The position numbers and the translations under genes are program-made. This document shows, in pieces, positions 13,031 to 26,070 of a stretch of 64,000 bases of DNA. This DNA is from Utricularia gibba (Eukaryota > Plantae > Magnoliophyta). The stretch is from NCBI GenBank assembly GCA_002189035.1, contig NEEC01000004.1:3472001-3536000 (forward strand), read 5' to 3'. The notes beneath the pieces were generated by a model. It was not told where the DNA came from. It made no database searches and was given only the letters and a program-made list of their open reading frames with translations. Position 1 is the stretch's first letter; every line of letters begins with the position of its first letter.

Positions 13031-13922
13031 TCCAAATAATAGCCCTGTTAGGAATTATCTAATACGTGTAATTCACATCCAAGGTATTGTCTAATATGCG
13101 TAATTGACATTCAAGTATCATTGTAAAAATTAAAAATAGAACTACATTGTCTATTGGTGCTAAGTTTGGTATTAATTTATGACATTACTCTAGAATAATG
13201 AATCAATTCATGCTAGACATTTAGGTTTACACACAAGAATGTTCATTTTTTATGCCTAGAGAAAAAACTTTTTACTTTATCAAACCTGGATTTTTTTACC
13301 TCTTTCGCTTGATGCGGTAGAGAAACTAGTCTCATAGCTAGCATAGTCCTGTTTTGTTGCTGAATAATGTAGTGATGATCTTGGTAACACATCTGCCTGA
13401 CCTCGATCCGATTTAGATGATGTGTGAAATGATGCAAAATATGTTGAGTGTGGATATTCTTGACCAGATTCTGATCACGTTGACCTTTGGTTCATGTAGA
13501 TTCTGATCACGTTGAGTGTGAATTGGTATTGAAAATTGAGTTGATCGAGGTCTACCTACACATATTTCCTTTTTGTAGGCAGGGTTATGCACTAATGAAA
13601 ATGTTGTCGGTGGCCATTTATCCTTTAATCCTAGTGGTTGAATTTGATTCTCGTAGATCCTAATTTGCTGATAAAGATGCAACATTGAATTGATGACATC
13701 TTTGGGATCAAAGTTAACCATCCGGCATGCATATACATATTGAAATATAAAGGTGAGTATATATAATGAAAATAGTAGATTGTATACCTGTTGTGCATGA
13801 GAACACGGTATGCCAAAATTTTACCACTTTCTACACTCACATGTGCCTTGAGCAACCATGACGATGAGTTTCTTTTATTTACCATTTTTCCTACAATTAG
13901 TAACCAAAATCTTTTTTTGTGC

Positions 13923-14754
13923 TGATAGCACACAAATTTTCCTATTTTATGATAAGAAAATTATGACTTTTTATTATGTTTTAGTTGTTTAGTTTATAGT
14001 TTTGAATATTTTTCTAAAACTTAGAGAACATATGATTTTTTTTTTGTACAAATGATTTAAATCCTTCAATTTAGCCCATTATTGTGGTGTGGGGCTAGAG
14101 TTCATAAGAGATTCAATCATTATTTTTAGCAGTTGTTTCTATAATTCCTTGGGTAGACCTAAGGGGGGAAACAAGTAGCTTCACAACTCAGATACTTATT
14201 TTAGATGTAGACCAACAAATCAAGACGAAGACAATAGGTATTAGTTCAGAGTTGAACCAGTAGAATTGAGTAGATCTAGTTTTATATACTTTGCATGAGG
14301 GTAGACCTAATTGCAAAGTTGTTAATGATATTAGGAACTATCTTAGCCGAAAACATGATAAATGGTTTGGGTAGACTTAGGTTGTTTAGAGTTATGAGTA
14401 TAAGAATATGGTAAATTAAATTAGGCATCTTAGTACCACACCACTTGTATACCCTTAAGACATCTTAGTATTACTTTATACTAGAAGCAGTACTTGTTAC
14501 CGTTCACATTGAGATTTGATTTTATGCATTGAAATTGCCTATCATTGTTAGTTTTAGCTGAGACTAAGAACCATATTTATTATGAATTCTACATATGCTA
14601 AAATACCTTGCAAGCACCAACTCTTTGTGATTGACTTTGAATTCCACTTTACATTTTGTGTTTAACTTGTATTTTGTGAGGATTAGAGATTATAAATCTA
14701 TTTGATACGAATATTTCATTTCTCGCAACAATTTTAAGAAATTTTCGTTTATCA
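13923..14754 (+). mobile_element. Solo LTR, distant relative of family A, 832 bp
   Basis: TGATAG...TTTTCGTTTATCA with perfect TSD TGTGC (13918-13922 and 14755-14759); splits the mudrA relic just upstream of the SWIM motif. Confidence 0.85.
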
Positions 14755-16838
14755 TGTGCATAATCAACTACCTTTATCGATGCATGAGGAATCGGTTTAT
14801 CCCCATGTGCATATAGCTTGTGCGGTTGATCAACAAAAACAATCTATCGTCGACATTGGTCAAGTGCGTCTTTATATCTTGTGGAAAAATAGTGCTCACA
14901 TCGTGCAAATGTCGCCTACATATATAAACAACAAAATAACATAAATAAATGTAACTCCTTTTATTTTTGTAGTATTGTGTCAATCACCTGTGCTAATGCG
15001 CATAAGGGTAGATGTTTTTCTCCATTTAATACTCCATTCATACCTTCGACTTGATTTGCTGTCAATGTACCACACCTATATGATAGTTATAGGTGGTGAT
15101 CCACTTTTATGGCCCGAGAAAGATGAGTCATGACCACCGAATCGCAGCTGAAAACTAGAAATCAGGGTGTCTTTCATATCACAATCCATTAACACTAAAA
15201 TGGGTAATTACATATGTAGACTAGATATAAGACTTTATCCAAGTACTTTTGTCTAATGTAGTTCATAATGAAATAGATTTAAAACGAAAAATATATTACA
15301 CATACCTAAACTCATATAAATCTAGTAAATAGACTACACTACTATATGCACATATCCATAGGACTCTGAAAAGCATGGTTGATCATTGGACCTTTATTGG
15401 CTCCCATCATCCCCTAAAATGAATAAAAGAATGGTCATGCTTTTGAGTTTTAAAACAAGTGAAAATCAAGAAAGAACATAAAGAGTTTATAAAAGAAACT
15501 TGAAACATATTGTGAGTTCCCATAGCTATCTTTTCTCACTTCTCATGTCCATGTAGCCTTGGCTTTGCTATGGGTCCATAGTAGGTGAGACATAAGGTGA
15601 CCTTGTCCATGGTTCCATGCTCAGGAGAGCCACCTCCAACCATAGAATCACAAACTCAAACCATACATAACATATCATATTATATATTGCATAGCTTTCA
15701 TACTTTTTTTGGCCTTCCTCTTATACATGGTGCTTCAGAGATGTTTGACATATTAGCCATAATGCCTGTGGTATAACCACATTCCTGAAGATATGCGTCC
15801 ATATCTCCTCTATTCTTTCCTAGCTTGTTTATCACATAGTACATTCAGATGCAATATCATCTTAAAAATAAAAGGGGTGGCTATCAGTGAAAAGAATCAT
15901 ACTTTTGGGACTCAAAAATAGTTTTTTCTGAAATAATATGAAATAACCTACTCCCCTGTTACAATTTTCATACAACATAAAAGGTTTCTGAGCATAGAGA
16001 CTATCACTTCCAAAGTAATGGAAGTTAAATACTAACATCACATAGGCACATAAGTATTCATAAATCAATTTCAAAGATAAGTAAAGCTTCAAAAGCAATC
16101 ATGCCAGTTACCTTAACACCTTAAACCTCAAACTAAATCTAAAGCTTCATTCACTGAAGGTACTATAACCTTTCCTTCCAAACTCTTCTCTTCGCCTTTG
16201 TAAAACTCAAAAAATAAATGAAAGAACCTTACATTCCATTATATATATATATATATATTCTCATCTACATCTCATCCTTATTTTGCGTGCGACATATGGC
16301 ACACATGCATGACATACAAGTGGCACACATACGAAAGGACACATGGTGCACATGCAAGATGGCACGTTGCACACACATAATGGTGGTTAATTGGATACAT
16401 TTCATGGACTAGGCTAGTATGAAATAGAACAAGTTAAAACTAAAGAGTAAAACTTTTAAAGCTTGAATTATCACATCATGGTTGATATGTAACTATTAAT
16501 AAATGTACCTTGCTCCTTCATCGTGCGACAATGTTCATGATTCAGGTTGTAACTTATTTAAATAATCCCATGCTTCTAGATGAATTGTATAAATTTCTCC
16601 AATGTAAAACCTCCATTTATTTATTGACCTTGCATATACGGCTTTCATAAATAGTTGCCTCATCTGTGGATATTTCCTATATTTTTCAAGAAAATTAGAT
16701 CGTAAATAATGTATGCAGTGACAGTGCAAACCTCCATATTCAGGCATGAATGCCCTTATTTTGGATGTTGCATTTTTTATAGAAGTACATCGATTTGATG
16801 TAAAACAACAGGCTCTATCAGACAATTTATTCGCTCCA

Positions 16839-18143
16839 TGTTAATTGTCTTTTTCTATTTATTTATTAGGTATTATTAAGTGTTAATCTAATATTAAGTC
16901 GCTCAAATTAGAAGTCATATTGATAAGTATGGGATTTTAGTAGGAAAATCCTATTTTGCTATTTTATACACATTTTTTTGTCTTTTTCCCACACTTTGGC
17001 CGAGACATGTCAGGAGACTGTCGTGGAGTATTGCAGGAGTATTCAGGTGGTCAGACTTTGACTTTTCGCGCCTTGTACGTGACTTGGAACGATTGTGGGC
17101 GGAAGACTGACCCTGGTCAAGGCCTTGACTTACGGCATGTCAAAGTCTGCAGAAATAATTAGGTGCTAACTTGCATGCAAGGGAAAGCTGGTGGCGCACA
17201 CAAGACATAAGGAATGATGGGAAAGGGACCCAAAGGAGTTAATGCACTTGGGGAGTGATATAAAAGCAATTTGCAGCACTTATTTTCGGACTTTTGAACT
17301 TTAGTCTTTTTACTTAGAACTTTTGAGTTGCTCTTCCCTTCCAAGGAGGAAGAACACTTGGCTTCCATTTTCGTTTCTATTTTCATGGCCCTTTTGGGCT
17401 AAAACCCTTTAGTTTTTGGGAAGTAGATAAAGTTTCCTTCCAAGTCCTGAGCAATACACTCGGTTCTTCGTTGAATTCATTTCAGATTTCGTATACTTCC
17501 ACGCAACTTGTTGCAGTCTTTCTGTAACGACTCTTAGTCAAGGTCCACGAGTAGCAGACCACCCCTCACAGATTTTGGTGAAGATCAAGGTGAAGAGCAC
17601 CAACTCCAACCCTACCGGTTCGAGGGAAGTAGCGGATTGTTTGTGGCCTAGGTACCGCGATAGTGGACAGGTTGTGACCTCGGACCTGCCACTGGTGGCA
17701 ACAGTTGGGCACACGCGCACAATTCAATTTTGAAGGCAATCGAAGGCAATCCTCTTGTCTTCTTGATCGTCCAAGGGGGAATCATATGAGGCTATTCTCG
17801 TGCCTCCTTGTCAATCAGAGTGTAAGGGAGAGTAGGCTATTCCTTGCTTCTATAACCAGCTATTCGAAAGGAATTAGTGAAAACCGAGGCAAGGATGGAC
17901 AAAGGAAGGAGATGGAATCTCATTCCTAGGAACTACGTCCTATAGTCAAGGCCCATCACTTAGGTTGTAACTTTTATTTCTGCATTTCACAAACCTCCTT
18001 TTACAAAACCGTGACATTTTGTAGAATTTTCTTACAAAACACTTTTCACAAAAAACAACTCCCTGAGATCGATACTTGTACTATGCTTTTTTGTGTTTTA
18101 CGTTTTAAATATTTAAAATTTGTTAAGGAAACGATACGCAACA
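16839..18143 (+). mobile_element. Solo LTR, family B, 1305 bp
   Basis: TGTTAATTGTC...GATACGCAACA with TSD CTCCA/CTTCA; mudrA sequence continues on either side. Confidence 0.88.
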
Positions 18144-19854
18144 CTTCAGTAGTTGAATAAACCAACTCCAAGATTTGTCATTGTCACTGTCCACAATTGA
18201 AAAGTCAATGGGCAAAAGAAGATCAAAGGCATCTACAGTTATAACAATCAATAGCTTGTGAGAATATTGTGAATAGAGATGGGTAGCATCCCTAGTGATC
18301 ACAAATTGACACCAACAGAACGCTTGAAGGCAGTGTCCAAAAGCAAAAAAAACATAATTTAATGTCTTTATGTCACTGATTTCCGACTGCTTGTGTTGAT
18401 ACTCTACAACAGTGCCAGGGTTTCGTAGGTGCACCTCTAATAAGAACTAAGGAAGGAGGCAAACATATGACTCCGATATACCGTAAACAACTTCAAAGCC
18501 TTTTCTCAAGCCGTACCATGCTCGATAATATGAGATATCATATCCTCACTTCTCTTTAACCACTTGTTGGTATCAATATCGACTTCAAGCAAATATCCTT
18601 GCACATTCCGCGATATATAGTGGAGTAATGTTTTGATGGGACAATGATTGTGAACCAAGACACGTACAAGTGTGTGGCTCTTCAATACCTCTTATTTTCC
18701 AAATTGCATCACGTGTGAAGTATGCACAATGAATCCTCCATTCGCATTCCTGCACCTTCATCTTATAGCAATGGTATTCAACATACATCTCATCTTGCAC
18801 TTTATGCGATTTAAATTCACAACCAATTTTGAGACTATATTCCACCACATCATTATTGAAGGCCTTCTTTGATGCAAATAGTTGATATTTGTAGATTGAA
18901 TAGCGCATTGAGCTAATGGGATTTGAGATATTTCCAGAATATAGATCTTCATCTAGTATGGTATTTTTGATAAATGTAGGAGGTGTCCAAGGTGCATCAT
19001 CAATATTCTTTGTCTCCAAATTGACAGAATCTTGTTCCCCTTCTTCTTCCTCATTTATCTCCTCGTCTTCATCTATTGGCTCATTACCTTGTACATCATA
19101 GTTGCTATCGCAATCTTGCGAATCATCAAGTAAAATGTTATTGGTTTTCCAATTGATCATGAATATCATCCTCATGTAAGTCAATATCACACCCCGCATT
19201 CAGCGTTTCCTTTGGAACTTGATCAATGAAAACATCAAATCTCATTTGTGCATGAGTCAGATTGAAAGCATATAGTAAATCATAGTCAGAGATAATACCC
19301 AAAATTCATGTATAATCGAAAGAAGAGTCATAAAATTGAACTCTTATTTGAATATCAAATTGGGTTGGATCTACATCACATATTGAACATAATTCATCTC
19401 GTAGATAATTCAACGACATGGTACCATCGAAGCTTCAAATGCATAGCAGTGGCATATCATATGCTCTGTAATCATTGGGATACACAATCATATTACATCC
19501 GTAAAAGATTTTGGCAACGATGGTAGTTCAATCCATCTTCTAACTTGCAACAACGAAAATCAACTCTCGTCATAAGCTAGATAGGGTAGTGATATCAAGT
19601 CATTTGGTGTATTTTTTTAATATGTGGCTCTAATGCTTTATCTTTATTTTAATCTTTTTTTATATCACATCATAGTTTCAAATAAATGATACACAAAAAC
19701 ATTTGACATGGTCAATCATGTATACTAAAGTCTTTGTTGTGAAAGAACATCTTTGAGTGTTACGTAGATGACTATTTTTTGCAACATGTTCTAAAAAATG
19801 AACATTGATGTTTTTAAACGCTGCTACTATGCATAAGTCGTTAGATGTGTTTAA

Positions 19855-20075
19855 GCACTGCTTATTATCAGTAAGCAACACCCAGATGTGTCTAGGCACT
19901 ACAAGCATCCATAAGCAGTGCTCATAAGTATCAGGCACTGCTAAGTATTCATAAGCAGTGCCCAGACATCTGGGCGGCGCTAAGTATTCATAAAGCACTC
20001 AAATGTACTTGGGCATTGCTACGTACACGTAAGCAATGCCTATAGACCTCCGAACGTTGCTTACAAACAGCAGGC
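19855..20075. repeat. Array of 5-6 palindromic ~27-nt units at ~39-bp period (consensus GCACTGCT-AAGTATTCAT-AAGCAGTGC)
   Basis: Unit starts at 19855, 19896, 19935, 19974, 20013 and weakly ~20053. 12-14-nt linkers are related to each other. Confidence 0.8.
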
Positions 20076-20385
20076 ATGCCTAGACCCACTCTTCTAAAAA
20101 CTATGTAATTGTATTGAGTTATGCAATATCAGAATAACGAAATAGAGACTTGCTCTTTCGGACTCTAAGTAATCCATAAGGGTTATGCATTTTCAACACA
20201 AAACACACAAGAAGCACTGAAAAATAGGGGTAAAACCTACATTTCTGAATTCTTTTTCTACATTTACCTTGCAAACATTCACTCGGTCAAAAATAATGAC
20301 TTCCCTTCATCATTGACCAAGTGCGTGACGTGAGAGAGCAAATTCTGGGTATCAAATAGATCTCCAATAGGTAATTTCTAAACTA

Positions 20386-21510
20386 TTGATTCTTCTCCAT
20401 TTCAACATTCAAATTACATTTGAATACATTTCTTTTGACCATGCTAGGGTTGAAATGTGTCCCTTGATTGTGTGTTTTTCAGTTAAAATGGTTGATATAT
20501 TCTGTGCTAAATACGGTATTCCACATGATTATTTGCTTATGGTACCCAGTGATCGATCCACTTCAAGGATGAATTGTCCTCATGAATATGAGGGAGGGAT
20601 GGTAATCTCAGTGAAAGTGTCTGAAGCTGATTTAAAATTTCCTCTGAACCCATTTTAATTTCAATTACTCACCCATCTAAATCTTCCACTCGATGCTCTT
20701 ACACTTTCAACTTTTCTTATGGTCTTTACTTTCCTACAATTTTGCAATGAAGAAGAAATTGAATGAACTGTAGTTCATTTTCTTTGCATCGTGTGTGTGA
20801 AGAATCACCCTCGAACTAGTGGTTGGTATTTTCAAAGTTACACTTACGAGAAATTACTCTTTGTGGCACCTAGAGCTTTTGCTAATCGGTATAAGTATAA
20901 CATCCTTGTTATACCACCAACTTATGCTAATTGGCCATTTCCATTGTCATACCACTGACCCTGTATTAAGTTCCTCCCTAATGAGGAATACGAGCATATA
21001 ATGAGTCGTCTTCAGTAAAAGCATTATCATTGAAAACAAATAAAAGCACTCTCAACAGCCCATGTGCTTAGAAATGTTGCAAGTAATGTTTGTTTTTTCA
21101 TTAATGCTCTTTGACAATAATTACAAATATGACACATGTAGGATTACATCATATTTGGGGAATTCCGGAATGGAGTTCGGTAGAGGAGGAGGCAAGATGG
21201 GAACATTGAAGATGGAGAGTGCAGCAACAAACTGATGAAGAAGGTTAAAATGAGGAGATGGAGGAAGAAATCGAGGAAGGGAGTATCATGCCAGAGATTC
21301 TAACTTCTTTTGATGTAGAAAACCTACAAAGAAAAGTGCAGGAAAATGAAGGCATTGCTGAAGATCTCGAGAATGCCAGAGAGGAGTTGGCAAGCCTTAG
21401 GAATGAGGTGTAGGTCTTAAGAAAAGAAGTAGATCAAAAGGAAAGACTTCTAATGCAATGAATAAAAGGTTTCAAAAGCAACTGGACATTGTTAATTATC
21501 TACTAAAGGA
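20386..21510 (+). pseudogene. Second Transposase_28-like accessory ORF relic with C-terminal coiled-coil-like segment
   Basis: KYGIPHDYLLMVPSDRSTSRMNCP...GGMVISVKVSEADLKFPLNPF, then GWYF. Later EKVQENEGIAEDLENAREELASLRNEV*VLRKEVDQKERLL; multiple stops. Confidence 0.55.
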
Positions 21511-21731
21511 AAAAAATGGACAGATCTTTACATACAAGAAAACACTTTAGGAATTGAATGTGCCCCTTGAAACAATTCCAATTCCAATTCAAATAGTTTA
21601 TCCTAAAGAACATGCATCTCATTCTAGGAGTCAAGGTTGTAGAAGGGGAAAAGAAAAGAAGTGGTAGTATGATGGTTGATATATGGTTTTCATATTGCAC
21701 TTTTGGTTGTATCAATTATTAGAAGTGACTA

Positions 21732-22539
21732 ATGTTTGTGATGATTACACTCAGTGATCTTGTTTGAAGCCAACATTTATGTGGTTTTATTATATTAATT
21801 ATAGTTTTAATCGAAGCAATGCTTGGTTAGTAATGTCTTCCTTTTTATGTTGAAACTGTATAACTCTTCCGAATTACAATCATTCGTGAAGAGTGAGGAA
21901 ATGGAAAAAATAATAGACATCTATTTTTTTTCGGGCACTGCATAGGGAAGTAAATAACATTCAGACCCCGAATTTGTTGCGTTGGTATCTATGCAGATAC
22001 TAGATGACTCTTCCGGGTTAATAAATTTCCAGAAGTGTGTAAGATACACTTAATTCGAAAACCAAAATTGGCGAAAAATTCCTCAATTTTTTCTGGACCA
22101 TTCATTTTATATAAAAAAATGGATTTACTTTGTGATATGTAAATTATGCATATATATTTATATAGTTTAATTATGCGATGGTTTACATTAATAATTTAAT
22201 TATACAAAATTTTTATAAATTAATTATAAGAGGGCGATATTATTTTTTCTGTTTGTAAATTACTTGACAATTAATTCGTTATTGTTACATGTTTTATACT
22301 ATTATATATAAAACTATGTAATTATATATATTCATTAATAAAATGAGATTTACTTTAAAAATAAGCAATTAAAAAAATTTAGCATTTCATTAAATATACT
22401 GACATGTCAATCTATTTGGGTGAATAACAATTTTCTTTTAATGGATCATTTTTTAGATAGCCAAATTTCAAAGAGTTTTTGAGAGATATCTATCTCTCAA
22501 ATTTTAGTGGAGAGAGATGATCATTTATTAAATTGACCT
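21732..22539 (-). repeat. Right terminal inverted repeat of the MULE (~810 bp)
   Basis: Inverted match to 7336-8103. Confidence 0.8.
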
Positions 22540-25500
22540 TGAAAATATTAATTTTGCAAGTTTCGGAGAATTTTCAGGTATTTCTATTGAGATCCTACTT
22601 GAAAATAAATCTCGTTTTTGGGTATTAGATTATAGTACAAGATCACATATTTGTGTAAAGCTAGACTTTTTTTTTTTCTAGAGTGAATATCCTCACCCAT
22701 TATCTTGTTCATAGCCAATGGGACCTCAAGAGTGTTAACCAAGTGTGGAAAAATTCCAATTACTCAATCCATCACCTTAGAAAATGTCTCTTGACTTCAC
22801 CACAATCTTCTTTCTGTTCATAAATTATCCATTTAGCTCAAGAATGATTATTTATTCTCTAGTTCCTGTATTTTCCTAAAGTACTAGGCATCTAAAACAT
22901 TTATTGGGGTAGAAAGAACTCTTAAGAAAAGATTCTATTTTATAGATAAAAAATCCTTTTGGTTTCATTTTTTGGACTTGTATTTAAAATTATTTAAAGG
23001 GAAATAATCTCGGGAACAAGCTCTTTTCTATTATTACTCTACCTCCTCTTTGTTGAAATAATTTTGTTTGTTTAATTGCTCACTTTCAAATTCAAATGCT
23101 AATATGCTATGACATCGTCGGCTAGGACATATTTCTTCCTCAAAAGCAAAGCACACTTTATATCCTTGTGATTTGGAAAGCATCCCATATGATATTTGCC
23201 AAGATTCAAAATTTCAATTATTGCCTTTTCAATCAAGCTTGTCATGTGCTTCAAATCCATTAGAATTATTACACATGGATTTGTATGATGCTTATAGCAT
23301 ATGCACATTAAATGAGGAGAATTATTTTTTTAGTGTAGTGGATGACTTTTCAAGATGCACTAGGACCCTTCTTCTAAAAACAAAGACAAATCTACACAAT
23401 TTGATCAATCCTCTCATAAACACCTTGCAAGCCCGTTTTGCATATATGGTCAGAACATTGTGAACTGATAATGGAAAAGGATTTATGAGTGCAAAACTAG
23501 TTGCATTATGCTTTGAATTGAGTATTGTTTAGCAAAAAACTTGTATCCATATACATGAGCAAAATCGCATAATGGAGAGGAAACAAAAATATTTACTTGA
23601 GGTTATCTGTACTTTTCTTTTCCGATCCAACTTATAAAAAGATTCTAGAGTCAAGCTATATTGATAGCTGCATACATCATCAATTATCTACTTTCCTCTG
23701 TTTTATCTTGGTCATCTTCTATCAAGAAACTTACTTGTAATCAACCAACATTAGATCACTTAAGAGTTTTTTATTATCTTTGTAATGCCAAAAATATTGA
23801 AAGAGAAGGGGATAAGTTTTCACCCAGGGTTGTGAAATGTATTATGTTGGGCTATCCAAATGGGACAAAGGGCTACAAATTGTATAGTATTGATACTAAT
23901 CAAATGATCATTTCAGGATATGTTAGATTTTAAGAAAATGTTTTCGCATATGCTGATTTTCAGCCTACAAATGACTATATCTCTCCTTTTTTGACTCTAG
24001 ATTTGGATTGTGTTGATGATTTTATTCTATATACTAAATCTAAACACTTGTTTGATCATGACTGTGATACATCTTCAGTTGGCAATGGTTCCTTTTCTCA
24101 AACTAGTCCTACTAATAATAACCCTTTAGATTCTACTACTTCCACTTTAATTCCTAAGGTGAATATTGATCATTCCTCACAACCCATTACTCAACTAGAA
24201 TCTCGTGTAGTAGCAAAATTTTAAAAAAACTTGCTTAACTCCAAGACTATAAGCATAATGTCAACATTACTAAAACTTATGACCATCTCTCTTTTGATCT
24301 TTCACTTTCCTCCTGGCCTATGCATGAATTATGTCTTGTTGCTTCATTATCTAACATTGCAAAACCGAAGTTTTATTATCAAGTAAAGGGGAAACTAGAA
24401 TGGAAGCAAGTGATGATGCTGAAATTAATACTATACTACTTAACAATACATGGATAGTTGTTGATTTACATGTTGACCAATGAAAAATGGGTTGTAAGTG
24501 GGTATATTGTGTGAAGACAAAGACTGATGAGACACTTGATAGGTACTAGGTAAGATTAGATGTCAAGGGCTACATGCAAGTTGAGGGCATTGTCTACTTA
24601 GACAATTATGTGACGATTGCTAAGGTAATCAATGTTTGGATGCTATTAGCTCTAGTGGTTGTTCACTGTTGGTATATTTATCATATTAATGTAAATATTG
24701 CTTTCTTACATAGGACATTTGATGAGGTAATTTATATAAATCTACCAGAAGGCTTGCTTGTTGAAAAATGCTATATATGGATTAAAATAAGCAGCTCACC
24801 AATGGAATTGAGAACTTACAAATATCTTAGTTAGGTTTCATTTTCAGCAAGCATATGCTGATTTCTATTTATTCACTTGAGGACATGATGTAATCTTTTT
24901 AGCTCTTATAATTTATGTAATGACATATTGGTTATTGGTCATAATCTCACTCTCATTGATGAGATCAAAATTGCTCTATATGGTGTTTTCACAATAAAGG
25001 ATCTTAGTACTACTAGTTTTTTTCTTGGAATTGAATTTTTCACCACTTTTGATGGTATGCTGCTAATTCAATGAAATTATATTAACAATATTCTTGATGA
25101 ATTTTATCATGTTGACACTTGAGAAGTAGACTTTCCATTACCCCAAAATCATCAATTCTCCACTCACAGATTATGGGATAGAGGATATTGATGTTTATCG
25201 CAAGTTGCTTGGTTGTCGATCCAACTTTTTGTATTCAAAAACTCAGTCAATATGCATACAAACCTATCTCTGAGTGTTGGACCATAATCAAGCAAGTTCT
25301 TGGCTATCTATGTGGAATCTTTTTTACAGGACTATATTATAAGCATCTTGATGGAACTATTTCATCCATTGGTTGTACGGCATATAGCAACATTGATTGG
25401 GGGTGGTTGCTCACTTACTTGACGTTCCATTACAAGTTATTGCATATTTTGTGGTGGAAATCTTATTGTGTGAAAGTCAAAAAAGCAAAACACTATTTCT

Positions 25501-25850
25501 CATTCTTCAACATAGTCTGAATTATCAAACTTTAGGATCAACTACTTCGGAGCTACAGTGGATAAGTTATTTACTTAATGATCTCCATATTAAGCTTCCA
25601 CTACCAATCAATGTATAGTATGACATCCTATCAGCTTTACACATTACATCTACTGCATTTTTGCATAAATGAACCAAAAATCTTGAGCTAGATGTTCATC
25701 ATATTTGTGATAAGTATCGTTATGGGTTTTTGTTATCAAAATATATATCCTCTATTGCTCAATTGACAGATGTGTTCACCAAGGCTCTCGGTCGGGCCTT
25801 ATTCTTGAATCTAAGATGCAAGCTGGGCATTTTACTTCTATGCCAGCTTG
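22540..25850 (+). pseudogene. Copia pol relic (protease, integrase, RT, RNase H)
   Basis: WVLDYSTRSHIC (protease region); PLELLHMDLY...VVDDFSR (rve); LRVFYYLCNAK...KFSPRVVKCIMLGYPNGTKGYKLY; EGIVYLDNY...NVNIAFLH (RT); TTSELQWISYLLNDL (RNase H). Many stops and frameshifts. Confidence 0.9.
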
Positions 25851-25859
25851 ATGGAGGTG

Positions 25860-26070
25860 AGTTGAAGTAGATACATAGCCCATTGGGTTTCAATTGTATA
25901 TATCTTTTTGACTCACTTGTAACTTATATATTCAATGTAATCATACTCTAATTGTACAGTCGTTTAATGAAATACAATAAAGAAGGTTTTCTTCTCCAAT
26001 CGATTGCGTATTGCACAACCACATCTCTGGTTTATGTAGTTTCATATTTTCGTTTTTAGTAATTTGTTCA
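25860..26070 (+). repeat. Copia 3' LTR
   Basis: Matches 4521-4723; followed by CATAT (TSD partner of CATAC). Confidence 0.85.

Larger units (their letters stand above)
13240..19300 (-). pseudogene. MuDR/mudrA-type transposase relic, interrupted by two solo LTRs
   Basis: DBD: YQLFASKKAFNNDVVEYSLK...CEWRIHC...IRGIEEPHTC (18585-19199). MULE core: ITRDATHLYSQYSHKLLIVITVDA...SWSWFIQLLK (18143-18434) and SDR...HCIHYLRSNF (16535-16825). WTLSHDEGARY near 16510. SWIM: CECRKW*NFGIPCSHA near 13790-13850. GRPRS tail near 13550. Confidence 0.85.
7336..22539. mobile_element. Mutator-like DNA transposon (MULE), ~15.2 kb including nested LTRs, with very long TIRs
   Basis: 7336-~8103 is the reverse complement of ~21732-22539 (GGGTCAATTTAAGAAATG... 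/ ...CATTTATTAAATTGACCT). Internal mudrA relic with MuDR DBD, MULE and SWIM motifs. Copia protease-region sequence resumes immediately at 22540. Flank match is weak (CAAAAATAGT vs TGAAAATATT). Confidence 0.78.
4521..26070 (+). mobile_element. Ty1/Copia LTR retrotransposon with short LTRs, heavily decayed and expanded to 21.5 kb by nested insertions
   Basis: LTR pair 4521-4723 and 25860-26070. Degenerate PBS TGGTGTAGTGAGC at 4724, purine tract before the 3' LTR, TSD CATAC/CATAT. Gag start HPMFISDEDNPNIALVPISLTSTNFKDWSGDMKLASVAKNQLDFINGKIP (ORF 4731-5021); pol relics from 22540. Confidence 0.88.

Noticed and set aside
19855-20075. CRISPR-like appearance (palindromic repeat plus spacer)
   Set aside because: Linkers are only 12-14 nt and related to each other, repeats are degenerate, there are no cas genes, and the context is eukaryotic. 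It is a minisatellite-type array.
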